This document shows, in pieces, positions 9,501-18,977 of a stretch of 64,000 nt of DNA (position 1 is the first letter of the stretch; every line of letters begins with the position of its first letter). The notes beneath the pieces were generated by a model, which saw only the letters and a program-made list of their open reading frames with translations, did no database searches and was not told the DNA's origin. Source of the stretch: Dehalococcoidia bacterium (lineage in GTDB: Bacteria; Chloroflexota; Dehalococcoidia; Lucifugimonadales; UBA3495); the NCBI GenBank assembly GCA_965215675.1, contig OZ244112.1, forward strand, positions 1,626,336 to 1,690,335, written 5' to 3'. The translations under genes and the position numbers were made by a program.

Positions 9501-12006
9501 CCAACCAGCGGTGTAGACCTTCGATGGTCGGATCTCAGTCAGGATATGCCTTTGGATTTTGACGATTGAGGTAACCCTCGCAGGTAATTGGCGGTTCCAT
9601 CCTCACGATGTAATGATAGGAATTTCCTGCCAGTAAGGTGGAGCATGTCAATGGACAACACTCTGGGCTGCTCCTTTAGCTCCACTCAAGGGCCCTCCAG
9701 GAACGTTAAGTCCCAGACCTGATTGGGCAGACGTTTTATCAACAAAGAGTCCAATTCTGCGCACGCTCTTCAACCATGGTTGGCACCCTTGGAGCCCGCA
9801 AAGCAGGCCTCGTTAAGCGGTTGTACCTTGGCTGCCCATTTCGACCGACGGCCACAATTAGAAAATTGCCCGCCGCGAATTCGAAATCGTCTATCCGACG
9901 ACAGAGCAGTCCGGAAATTCGGCGGCGTTGCCGCTAGCCCCTACCAGCACACCCTGTGAGTGCGCGAGTGTTTCCTGCACTACCTTCGTAGACGGCGTGT
10001 GTAGCGCAACGTATTCGAACTCCCTGAGCAGCGGTGGGGCGCACGACAGCGGGAGTCGGCCGTTGCCAGCGGAGTAAAGAACCCTGCAATCGGGAAAGCT
10101 AGAACAGCTGACTAATGCCAATCCGGTCAATCATGACCGAATTACTGTTCCTCCAGTGCCCAGGTCGGTTTCAGTCATTATTGATTTGGCCACCGAGGTG
10201 GTCATTTACACACTGCATGACAAGCAGGGCTGTCGCATTTGGCCCGTGGGATTCCCTGACGGGATGGCGAATGGGGCACACCATCAGCCGGTATTACTCC
10301 GGCGGCTCCAGTGAGGCAGCATTTCGCGTGGCAGAGGTTCTTGTTTCCCGTCCCATCAGGGGTTTTCGGTCCGGCCGTCAGAGAGGCAATGTTTCGTTCC
10401 AGATGGTATGGCCATTTTCTGAGGTCGCAGTTGGCGCCCTCAGACGTGATCGGCACATGGCCCTTGGTCTCCGCTCTTAAGGGGATTACGGATGGTTTAG
10501 CGGGCAGCGCAATAATACGAGAATTGACTTTTCTTACTGCACTGCTTTGCCATGTCAAGAGGGGCAAAAATGTGCAATAGTGGGCAATTTCGCCGCTCAT
10601 TGTGTGGTTTCGGGGGTGATGGAGACGGGGCAAGGAGTGGTTCGGCCCGTCCGGCCATGGTTCCTCCCTGTGCGTCGGTCGCTGTATTGGAACTGCAGAC
10701 ATCAGGGTTTGCCATACCCGATGGTACTGGGATGTCATGAGGCTTGGCTGGGCCAACTGTAAGCGTCGTAGCGTTTCGTCTCAGGTGGTCTGGTGATGGA
10801 GCATCATGCGGGAAATGGGTAGGGGTGGGCTTGAACCCGCCCTCACGGGACGGATGCGACCTAAATGGAACCATTCCCTGTCAGCGTGTAATTCAAATGT
10901 GATAGCCCTTTGGCAACGATGGGAAGTAGCAATCAAAGCACCTCACATTTGGCGGCAAACTTCTGTGGAGGTTTCGGGTCCACCCTGCTCGAACAGCTCC
11001 ATTCCCTTAGGTGGCAGAGGCGGCCGCAGTTGTCTCACAATGATCAGTGGAGGAGTGGGCGTTACGCGCCACTCGACTAAGCCTGTGCGTGCAATCCTGC
11101 GAATCGGTAGGACTTATGCCAAGGATGTTCTCCCCGCCAGATTTGGAAGGATGCGCCATCGGCGGGACACTCGTGTGGCTAGTCTTGCGGCGTGGCGTCG
11201 ACGAAGGACAGGCACCGGACGGTGCGCGCCAGCTTAACAGCAGATCCCAGGGGCAGTGTCGAGCAATGCAAGATCTCTCCGCACCTCCCGCCGGTCACGT
11301 CCCGAGTACTCGTTTCGGCGGGAACTCGAAAATGCAAGTTGTGATTTCCGGCTCGGAATGCGGACTTGGAATCATATTTCAAAACGGTGCATGCAGGGAG
11401 TAAATGGTGGATCGGAGTTGGTGGCAGGCTGTACCGTGCTCGAATTAGTGTTTAATTTGCAGACGCAGCCCTTGAGGCTTTGAGGGTTGAGCAGCACGAG
11501 GGCTGGACAGGAATATGTGGAAGTTATTCCTTAGTGGAGTCTGATTGTTCCGTGGCTAGTGTGCTTCTTGTGGGCGTGCCGTTGATTCGCTTCAGGTGGA
11601 TGCTCCGCTACTGGTGACGCAAACATCGTCAAAAACCTTTTGCTGGACCAGATACCACTGGCCCGCGTTCCCAAGATGCCGACGCCTAGCAGGAACGATG
11701 TTCCCCGCGCTCCCTGTCTGTCTCCTGGTGGTGCAATTGAATTGTAATCTCAGGCTGTCTTCAAATTCCCTTAATAATTTCCCAGTAGTCTCTGTGGGTG
11801 TTAGAAATTTAACTGCTACCTAGCCACCAAATGGTGAGCCGCCGTTGCATGTCTTTCACCGGATACGAGAGAGGGTACGGTTTCCGCATCGTCAGAGGTT
11901 TTATGGTGTCGCAGCTTTGATTTATCACAGAGAGGGCACACAGTGGTATGGATTGAACATACCCCACTACCGTCAGACAATCGCCCGGAGTGACCGGAGA
12001 TAGGGA

Positions 12007-14670
12007 ATGAACGAACCGGATATAGAGTCAATACTCCGTGGAAAGACGTCACGCCGACCCTGGATCGTCCTGGCGCTTGTCGCGGCGGTTGTGGTGATCG
12101 CGGGAGTGGCTGCGTTAATACTAACGTGGTCTGGGGAGGCCGACATTGTGGTCGAGCCGGAACGCGTGGAAGCCGTGCTGGGGAGACTGACCACCGAGGT
12201 GGCGTTATCTGGCTCAGCGCACCCAGAGCGGGAAGCAGAACTCAATTTTGAGGCCGCGGGAACGGTGGTCACCGTCGCAGTCAATGAGGGTGTCGCAGTG
12301 AGGGTGGGCGACGTCTTTGCTACCTTAGACGACTCCGATGCCAAGCGCCATGTGGAGACCACAGAAGTGCAATTGCGACTGGCGCAGTTGCGCCTGGACA
12401 GCCTGCTGGCTGGTTCGGAGGAGTCTGCCATCGCCTCAGCCAATCAGGCCATAGCATCGGCAAAGTCGCAGGCAATGAGCGCGGAGCTGGAACTTGAACA
12501 ATTGTCGGAGCCCCCCAATGCCGCCGACCTTGCCAGCGCCGAGCAAGCCGTGGCGAGCGCGCTGGGTCAACTTTCCAGTGCAGAGCAGGCGTTGGCTCTT
12601 CTGTCGGAGCCTCCGAACGCAGCTGATCTGGCCAGCGCGGAGCAGGTAGTGGCGAACGCCCTTGGTCAGCTCTCCAGCGCGGAGCAGGCGTTGGCCTCTC
12701 TATCGGAGCCCCCGAGCGCTGCCGATCTGGCCAGCGCGGAGCAGGCAGTGGCGAGCGCCCTGGCTCAGCTATCCGGTGCGGAGCAGGACTTGGCTACATT
12801 GATAGGGGGCCCCAGCGAGGCGGAGATCTCTGAATCCCGCTCGGCAGTTACACAGGCACAGGTAGTGCACGCTGACGCGACCAGGCTGGAGGAGGATTTG
12901 AACCTGGCACTGACTGAGGTTTACGAGGATTTCTGCGAAAGATTCAGTGGACTTATTTTCAGCGATGCAGTGATCACGTCGACGTGCCGAGGTACCCTGC
13001 CGATGTCGGACGCACTGATTGCTGACATGCGGGAAACATTTGAGGATGAGGACGTATCGGCCACATACGTGGAGCTTGGTAACACGCTGATCGAAGCCAA
13101 CGTAGCGTTTGTCGCATCTGCCGCCAACAGAAGTTCCGCTTTATCTGCGCTCACTACAACTGAAGAAAGCCTCCAAGAACTCGTCGCTCCTGTTTCAGAG
13201 GAGGATCTGTTCCAAGCTGAGCGGGATGTTGAGGCGGCGAGAGGAAGTCACTTGGCCGCGGTAGCAAGGCTCGAGGATCTGCGGGCGTTGCCCGGGAAAG
13301 ACGATGTGTTTCAAGCGGAGCAGGCCGTCAATGCGGCGAAGTCCAATCGCACCGCTGCGGTGGCGCGGCTAGAGGAATTGCGTGCGGTGTCAGACGAGGA
13401 GGAAATCTTCCAGGCGCAGCAGGGATTTGAGGCGGCGAAGGCGAATCACGCCGCTGCTGTTGCCAGGCTGGAGGAGCTGCTGGCGGTTGACGAGGTTGAC
13501 CTTGAGCAAGCGCGCACATCCCTTGAGAGCGCGCAAGCTGGTCTGGCCAGCGCCCTGGCCCACTACGATGAACTGATAGCGGGCCCCAGCGAAAACGCGA
13601 TCGAGCAACAGCAGCAGGACGTACGCCTAGCCGAATTCTCCGTAGAGGAGGCTCGTGAGGCCCTGGCTGAGTTGGCGTTAGTTGCCCCCTTTGATGGTGT
13701 TGTTGAGGCCGTGAACGTGAAGCCGGGCGACCGCATTGCCTCTGGATTCGCGGCGTTTACCCTCAGCACTTCCAATCGCATGTTCATTGCCCTGACCGTT
13801 ACCGAGGAGGAATTGCTTGATCTGGAAATCGGGCAGACAGGTTTGGCCTCCTTTGACGCCATCGATGGATTTGAGTACCCGGTGCGAGTGGACTCGGTAA
13901 GCCGGATGCCAAACGCGGAGCAGGGGGTTGTAACATACGATGTCGAGGCTCGAATTCTCCTCGAGGAAGAGGATGCGGATGCAGCGGAAACGAGGCTGGC
14001 AACCGGTTTCCGCCCGAGCGGGGGGTTCGGAGGCGGTCCGGCCGGCGGCCCGTTTGGAGGGTTCACGCTGCCGGAGGGGGTAACCATCCAGCAGGTGCGA
14101 CAAATGATGGCCTCTATCGAACTGCCCGAGGGGGTTACGATGCAGCAGGTGATGCCGGCGCTGGCCAGCGGCGGCCCACTCCCTGAAGGTGTGGTTCTCC
14201 CAGAGGCGTTGCAGGAATTGATGCAGACTTCCCGGTCTACGGCTGCGGAAGAGGAACAGGAACAGAGTGAGGACGAACAGAGCCGCCCAGCAACCGGGTC
14301 TCCGGGCAGGCTGGTAGCCAGACCCCTGCCGGCTCCAGGCATGAGCGCCAGTGTTACGATCCTGACGGAGATTCGGGAGGAGTCCGTTCTGGTACCGGTC
14401 TCCGCAGTGCGCCAGCTTGACGGCAACTGGTTCGTGAGCGTTCCTGACCCTACAAGAGAGGATGACGAGGTCCAGTTCAAACGCATCTTCGTGGTGGTCG
14501 GGGAATCCGATGGAGAAAGCGTCGAGATCGAGAGTGGATTAGAAGCCGGCGCAGTGGTGTTGATCGGCGCTGACGCAGCAGGGATCGCTTTCAGCGCAAC
14601 GCAGCGGCAACCGTCTGCGCTGCCCGGATTCGGCGGGTTCGGGCCCGGGAGTGGCGGAGGCCGCCGGTGA
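12007..14670 (+). CDS. HlyD/MacA-family periplasmic adaptor, unusually long (887 aa) with internal repeats
   Basis: N-terminal TM (IVLALVAAVVVIAGVAALIL). Barrel-sandwich/lipoyl-like segments (GTVVTVAVNEGVAVRVGDVFATLD; APFDGVVEAVNVKPGDRI). Long Ala/Glu/Gln-rich coiled coil. The stop overlaps the ABC ATPase start. Confidence 0.8.
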   Translation: MNEPDIESILRGKTSRRPWIVLALVAAVVVIAGVAALILTWSGEADIVVEPERVEAVLGRLTTEVALSGSAHPEREAELNFEAAGTVVTVAVNEGVAVRVGDVFATLDDSDAKRHVETTEVQLRLAQLRLDSLLAGSEESAIASANQAIASAKSQAMSAELELEQLSEPPNAADLASAEQAVASALGQLSSAEQALALLSEPPNAADLASAEQVVANALGQLSSAEQALASLSEPPSAADLASAEQAVASALAQLSGAEQDLATLIGGPSEAEISESRSAVTQAQVVHADATRLEEDLNLALTEVYEDFCERFSGLIFSDAVITSTCRGTLPMSDALIADMRETFEDEDVSATYVELGNTLIEANVAFVASAANRSSALSALTTTEESLQELVAPVSEEDLFQAERDVEAARGSHLAAVARLEDLRALPGKDDVFQAEQAVNAAKSNRTAAVARLEELRAVSDEEEIFQAQQGFEAAKANHAAAVARLEELLAVDEVDLEQARTSLESAQAGLASALAHYDELIAGPSENAIEQQQQDVRLAEFSVEEAREALAELALVAPFDGVVEAVNVKPGDRIASGFAAFTLSTSNRMFIALTVTEEELLDLEIGQTGLASFDAIDGFEYPVRVDSVSRMPNAEQGVVTYDVEARILLEEEDADAAETRLATGFRPSGGFGGGPAGGPFGGFTLPEGVTIQQVRQMMASIELPEGVTMQQVMPALASGGPLPEGVVLPEALQELMQTSRSTAAEEEQEQSEDEQSRPATGSPGRLVARPLPAPGMSASVTILTEIREESVLVPVSAVRQLDGNWFVSVPDPTREDDEVQFKRIFVVVGESDGESVEIESGLEAGAVVLIGADAAGIAFSATQRQPSALPGFGGFGPGSGGGRR
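12505..12801 (+). repeat. Three tandem 99-bp (33-aa) in-frame repeats inside the adaptor gene
   Basis: Units start at 12505, 12604 and 12703 (TCGGAGCC..). Each encodes SEPP[NS]AADLASAEQ[AV]VA[SN]AL[GA]QLS[SG]AEQ[AD]LA.. Confidence 0.9.
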
Positions 14671-15398
14671 TTGACCTTCGTAACGTTTCCCGTTCCTACT
14701 CAATTGGAGGAACGGCGGTGCATGCCCTGGCCGGCGTAGACCTTGAAGTCGGCCAGGGGGAGTTTGTCGCGGTCATGGGGCAGTCCGGCTCTGGCAAGAC
14801 GACCATGATGAATATCATCGGCCTTCTCGACCGTCCCAGCGACGGGCGGTACATCTTCGCGGGTAACGATGTTTCGAGACTCTCGGAAGATAACCGTGCC
14901 CGGCTGCGAGGCCGCGCATTCGGCTTTGTATTCCAGTCGTACAACCTGTTGCCGCGTCTGACGGCCCTCGAGCAGGTAGAGGTCCCGCTCATCTATCAGG
15001 GCGTTCGCAACAGGCGGCGACGGGCGGCAGAGGCGCTGAACCGTGTCGGCCTTTTGGACCGCCTCGCGCACCTGCCAACCGAGCTCTCCGGCGGCGAGCA
15101 ACAGCGCGTAACGATCGCGCGTTCCCTGGTATCCAGTCCATTCGTGTTGCTGGCAGATGAACCCACGGGTGCCCTGGATTCAGTAACAGGGCACGAGCTA
15201 ATGAATCTGCTGAAGGAACTGGTCGAAAGGGAAGGCCTGACCATCGTTCTGGTGACGCACGAGCAGGAGGTCGCGGCCTACGCGGAACGGGTCATCAGAA
15301 TGCGGGACGGTCGCATCATCGAGGACAGTGGCTCCGCGAGTATGAGCACCGCTGCGAGTGCCTCTGTACTTGAAGGACGAGAGGAACCTTCTCCGTGA
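14667..15398 (+). CDS. ABC transporter ATP-binding protein (MacB/LolD-type)
   Basis: Walker A GQSGSGKTT, signature LSGGEQQRV, Walker B LLADEPT. GTGA overlap with the adaptor gene. Confidence 0.9.
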   Translation: MIDLRNVSRSYSIGGTAVHALAGVDLEVGQGEFVAVMGQSGSGKTTMMNIIGLLDRPSDGRYIFAGNDVSRLSEDNRARLRGRAFGFVFQSYNLLPRLTALEQVEVPLIYQGVRNRRRRAAEALNRVGLLDRLAHLPTELSGGEQQRVTIARSLVSSPFVLLADEPTGALDSVTGHELMNLLKELVEREGLTIVLVTHEQEVAAYAERVIRMRDGRIIEDSGSASMSTAASASVLEGREEPSP

Positions 15399-16651
15399 GC
15401 GTGCTTGACACGTTGCGCATCGCTCTGCGGGCGATCCTTGCCAATCGGCTTCGGAGTGCGTTGACTTCGTTTGGCCTGATAATCGGCGTCTGTTCGGTCA
15501 TTGTGCTGATCGCGATCGGCCAAGGCACGCAGAAGGGCGTAACCGACCGGATACAAGGACTGGGCACTGATTTGATTTTCATCGAATCGAGCGCCGCCGC
15601 GACCACGTCGCAGGGCGGGGGCTTTGCAGGTCTTGTGTCTTCCACCCTGGTCCAGAGTGACGCAACGGCAATTGCGTCCAACGGGATTCCCGGCGTATCG
15701 TCGGTCGCCGCCCACGTTGCAATTGATGTTCAAGCTATTGCGGGTGCCAACAACGTCGGTGCTGAAATAGTGGCGACGTCAAGTGGATACTCCGATGTGC
15801 GAGATCTGGGGATCCACTCCGGGTCGTTCATAACCCCGGTTCACGACGAGGAGAGATCACAGGTCGCAGTATTGGGCGCACGGGTTGCCGAAACCCTGTT
15901 TCCCGGTTTCGATCCTGTTGGACAGCAGGTACGCCTGTCCTTCGCGGGAGGGCGAATAACCCTGGCGTTCGTCGTGATCGGTGTGTTGGAGGAAGAAGGT
16001 GGCGTAAGCGAAGCCAACGACCAGGTGTTTGTGCCGCTCAGTGCCACGGTAGGGCGCTTGCGATTCCTGTACACGCCCAGCGGCGACCTGCGTGTCACGC
16101 AGATTGACGTGCAGATGGAGAGCGAAGCCGACGGGGAGCGCGTTAAGGAGGAGATCACCGAGCTTTTGCTCTTTCTGCACGATACAACCGAGCCGGACTT
16201 TGTCATCCAGAGTCAGGATGACCTGATCAGCGCCGCCACTGAGGTCAGCAATACGCTATCGATTCTTCTAGGCAGTATTGCGGGAATCTCATTGCTGGTC
16301 GGTGGTATCGGTGTGATGAACATCATGCTGGTCTCGGTCACGGAAAGGACCCGTGAAATTGGCATTCGCCGCGCCGTTGGGGCTACTAGTCGCGATGTTG
16401 TGATGCAGTTTGTTGCTGAGGCGTTGATGCTCAGTATATTCGGCGGCATAGTTGGGATCGTCATCGGTGTAGGGGCTTCCCTCGCCATCAATGGGCGTGA
16501 GGTAGGCGGTCAGGAAATGGTTACGTTGATCCAGCCGTGGAGCATAGCCGCTGCCTTCCTTGTGGCGGCGGGAGTGGGATTTGCCAGCGGGAGTTACCCT
16601 GCCTATCGAGCCACTCTCATCGATCCAGTCGCTGCCCTGCGCAATGAGTAA
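15395..16651 (+). CDS. ABC transporter permease, FtsX/MacB family
   Basis: 418 aa. N-terminal TM, large extracytoplasmic domain, C-terminal FtsX-like TM bundle (ERTREIGIRRAVGAT..). 4-nt overlap with the ATPase gene. Confidence 0.85.
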   Translation: MSVLDTLRIALRAILANRLRSALTSFGLIIGVCSVIVLIAIGQGTQKGVTDRIQGLGTDLIFIESSAAATTSQGGGFAGLVSSTLVQSDATAIASNGIPGVSSVAAHVAIDVQAIAGANNVGAEIVATSSGYSDVRDLGIHSGSFITPVHDEERSQVAVLGARVAETLFPGFDPVGQQVRLSFAGGRITLAFVVIGVLEEEGGVSEANDQVFVPLSATVGRLRFLYTPSGDLRVTQIDVQMESEADGERVKEEITELLLFLHDTTEPDFVIQSQDDLISAATEVSNTLSILLGSIAGISLLVGGIGVMNIMLVSVTERTREIGIRRAVGATSRDVVMQFVAEALMLSIFGGIVGIVIGVGASLAINGREVGGQEMVTLIQPWSIAAAFLVAAGVGFASGSYPAYRATLIDPVAALRNE

Positions 16652-16869
16652 CGCTGGCAGACAGGGCGCCCATCCCGGACTTGCCGGCCAAAGTTGGCGG
16701 TACACCGCTTGACTTCTCCCTGGTGGGAAACCGTATCCTGCAATTGACCGAACGGCGGCCTTTGAGTGAATCTCCGCACGACAATCTGCGGGACAGGAGC
16801 CGAGCTTCAGCGCTGGGCGCCTAAACAGCATCACGCCAGAAGCCGTCCACTGCTACGCAATGGAGGCGG

Positions 16870-16946
16870 TGGTAGGCCGTGTGGGGCTCGAACCCACGAC
16901 ACCCGGATTAAAAGTCCGGTGCTCTGCCAAGCTGAGCTAACGGCCC
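16870..16946 (-). tRNA. tRNA-Lys (anticodon UUU), CCA encoded
   Basis: Minus strand GGGCCGTTAGCTCAGCTTGGCAGAGCACCGGACTTTTAATCCGGGTGTCGTGGGTTCGAGCCCCACACGGCCTACCA folds as a cloverleaf. Anticodon loop is CTTTTAA. Confidence 0.9.
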
Positions 16947-16981
16947 GAAAAGATAAGAGGTCTTAACTGCCTCTTACGAAT

Positions 16982-16990
16982 ATTGTAGCA
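16982..16990 (-). promoter_or_regulatory. Extended -10 element TGCTACAAT upstream of tRNA-Lys
   Basis: Reverse complement of attgtagca, 36 nt upstream of the mature tRNA 5' end. Confidence 0.35.
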
Positions 16991-17134
16991 CCGCCACCTT
17001 CTGCTCGCTGCGATTGCCAATAACAGGAAGCTTCCAGCGCTTGCGCCTATGGAGGGGCAGGCACTTCTTGCACCGCTTGGTTGCAGTGTGTTAGTTTTCC
17101 GATACGAAGTATTAGCAATAAGAGGTGGAGTGCT

Positions 17135-17647
17135 ATGGGATTCACACCCAGCTATCTCGGTCACGTGAACATTTACGTCCGCAATGCCGCCGCTGCCCGC
17201 GAATGGTACGAGTCCGTACTCGGCCTGCACACGTATGATTTCAAGGAAGGCCGCGCCGCCTTCATGTCGGCGGACCTGAACCAGTCCCACGAGATTGCCT
17301 TGATGGAGGTCGGGGAGAATGCCGAGGGCCCTCGAGCCGGGCAGGTGGGACTGAACCACATGGCCTGGCGTATGGGCAGCCTGGATGACCTGTCAGATTT
17401 CTATAACAACCTCAAAGACAAGAATGTGCCGATCCTTCGGGTTTCCGATCACGGCCTGTCGCTGGGCATATACCTCAAGGACCCCGACGGCAACGGTATC
17501 GAGGTCTACTACGAAACGCCTCGCGAGGACTGGCACCGCCAGGAGAACTTGTTCATGAGCGGCGACCGTCCCCAAGGTAACTTCCCAGGTCCGTGGGAAG
17601 CCGACCTGGTCCCTGACGGCGTTGCCGCTGCGGCCAGTCGCGGCTAG
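17135..17647 (+). CDS. VOC-family (glyoxalase/extradiol-dioxygenase-like) protein
   Basis: Start chosen at ATG 17135 behind SD GAGGTGGAG. LGHVNIYVRN..HEIAL..GLNHMAW..GIYLKDPDGNGIEVY is a typical VOC fold pattern. Confidence 0.8.
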   Translation: MGFTPSYLGHVNIYVRNAAAAREWYESVLGLHTYDFKEGRAAFMSADLNQSHEIALMEVGENAEGPRAGQVGLNHMAWRMGSLDDLSDFYNNLKDKNVPILRVSDHGLSLGIYLKDPDGNGIEVYYETPREDWHRQENLFMSGDRPQGNFPGPWEADLVPDGVAAAASRG

Positions 17648-17676
17648 CCCAACCAGGGCACCTGCCGGAATTCATT

Positions 17677-17710
17677 AAGGGGCGCACAACGGTGCGCCCC
17701 TTTCGCTTTT
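17677..17710. terminator. Bidirectional intrinsic terminator between convergent genes
   Basis: AAGGGGCGCA-caacgg-TGCGCCCCTT followed by TCGCTTTT. Confidence 0.65.
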
Positions 17711-17729
17711 ATGGGCGTCGAGTTGCCGT

Positions 17730-18125
17730 CTATTGAACGACGGCAATGGCCTCGATCTCGATCAGCATTTCGGGGTCGACCAGTCGGCTGATTTCCACGA
17801 GGGTGCTGGCTGGGTAGCCCGACGAGAAGAACTCGGCGCGGATTTCGTGAATGGCAGAGAAGTGTTCGGCCAGGTTGGTCACGAACACAGTAACCTTCAC
17901 CACGTCGTCCATGGTGGCGCCGGCCTCAGCCAGCACAGCCCGGGTGTTCTCCAGCACCTTGCGGGTCTGGGCGCGGATGTCGCCGCGCCCCACGAGCTGG
18001 CCGTCGACACCCCGAGCGACCTGACCCGAGACGAACACCATGCGTCCGGTGGGCACCGCCACGCCCTGGGACATAATGCCGGCCGGCGTGGCAACTTCGC
18101 TGCTTTGGAGAATCGTCTTCGCCAT
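17730..18125 (-). CDS. RidA/YjgF-family protein
   Basis: Start MAKTILQSSEVATPAGIMSQGV.. chosen at 18125. VFVSGQVA..TMDDVVKVTVFV..STLVEISRL..IEIEAIAV is typical RidA. Confidence 0.85.
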   Translation of the reverse strand: MAKTILQSSEVATPAGIMSQGVAVPTGRMVFVSGQVARGVDGQLVGRGDIRAQTRKVLENTRAVLAEAGATMDDVVKVTVFVTNLAEHFSAIHEIRAEFFSSGYPASTLVEISRLVDPEMLIEIEAIAVVQ

Positions 18126-18136
18126 CGCTGACCTCT

Positions 18137-18457
18137 CTACTTCCACTCGGAGTCGGGCGGCCAGACGTTTGTGCTGCCGCGAGCTGCGCCTTGGAGCACG
18201 GGGTCTGCCCGCAGCGGCCCCATGGCTTCGATGGCTTTCAGGTAGTGCTCGGACGATTGGTGGGCGTGAAAGGCGTCCTCGTCCACATAGATTTCGTAGA
18301 CCCACAGCCGGTTGGTGTCGCCCGCGTCCTGGATGACGTCGAAGCGGAGGCAACCGGGTTCGGTGTTGGCGGCTGCCTGGGCGTTGGGCAGGAGGGCCTT
18401 CACGAATTCGTCCTTGGCTCCCTCTTTAATCTGTATAGGGGCGATGATCACGTACAT
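18137..18457 (-). CDS. Antibiotic-biosynthesis-monooxygenase (ABM) domain protein, copy 1
   Basis: 106 aa from ATG 18457 (SD AGGAGA). MYVIIAPIQIKEGAKDEF..CLRFDVIQD..WVYEIYVDEDAFHAH.. Confidence 0.8.
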   Translation of the reverse strand: MYVIIAPIQIKEGAKDEFVKALLPNAQAAANTEPGCLRFDVIQDAGDTNRLWVYEIYVDEDAFHAHQSSEHYLKAIEAMGPLRADPVLQGAARGSTNVWPPDSEWK

Positions 18458-18467
18458 GTTGCGTCTC

Positions 18468-18785
18468 CTACTTCCACTCGGCGTCGGTGGGCCAAACGTT
18501 GGTGCTGCCTCGCGCTGCGCCCTGGATGCCCTCGACACGGATATCGGCAGTGGCGTCGCGGAATTTTATAAAGTGCGGTGCCTGAGTGTGGGCCTGGAAG
18601 GCGGCCTCGTCGTCGTAAACCTCGTAGAGCCAGACGCGGTTCTCGTCGCCGGCATCCTGGATGACGTCGAAGCGTCGGCAGCCGGGCTCGTCATTCACGG
18701 AGCCAATGGCGTCGGGGACGATGGCCTCCATGAATTGTTCCTTACAGCCTGGTTTGATCTGGATGGGAGCGATGATTACATACAT
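18468..18785 (-). CDS. ABM domain protein, copy 2 (tandem paralogue)
   Basis: 105 aa. MYVIIAPIQIKPGCKEQF..CRRFDVIQD..WLYEVYDDEAAFQAH..GSTNVWPTDAEWK. Confidence 0.8.
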   Translation of the reverse strand: MYVIIAPIQIKPGCKEQFMEAIVPDAIGSVNDEPGCRRFDVIQDAGDENRVWLYEVYDDEAAFQAHTQAPHFIKFRDATADIRVEGIQGAARGSTNVWPTDAEWK

Positions 18786-18977
18786 TGTTCAGTCTCCTAG
18801 TGACAGGCGGATTTGGCAGCAGTGGTCAATGGCTGTCGTGGGAATCGTACCCCATGGCATTTGGAATTGGAATCGGTGTTAAGGAGACTCGAACGCATCA
18901 GGCACAGGCCCTGGCATGCGCAGGGTGAAGTACGCCGTAATGGTCAGGGGTGCGGAATCGGGCGTGGCCAGTCATTA

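Noticed and set aside
10591-10607. CCGCTCATT as a possible third copy of the GCTCAT repeat element
   Set aside because: Only 9 nt match, with no second half-site. A match of this length is expected by chance in 64 kb.
12505-12801. Regular 99-bp repeats considered as a possible CRISPR-like array
   Set aside because: The units are contiguous with no spacers, are far longer than CRISPR repeats, and lie in frame within a continuous coiled-coil coding sequence.
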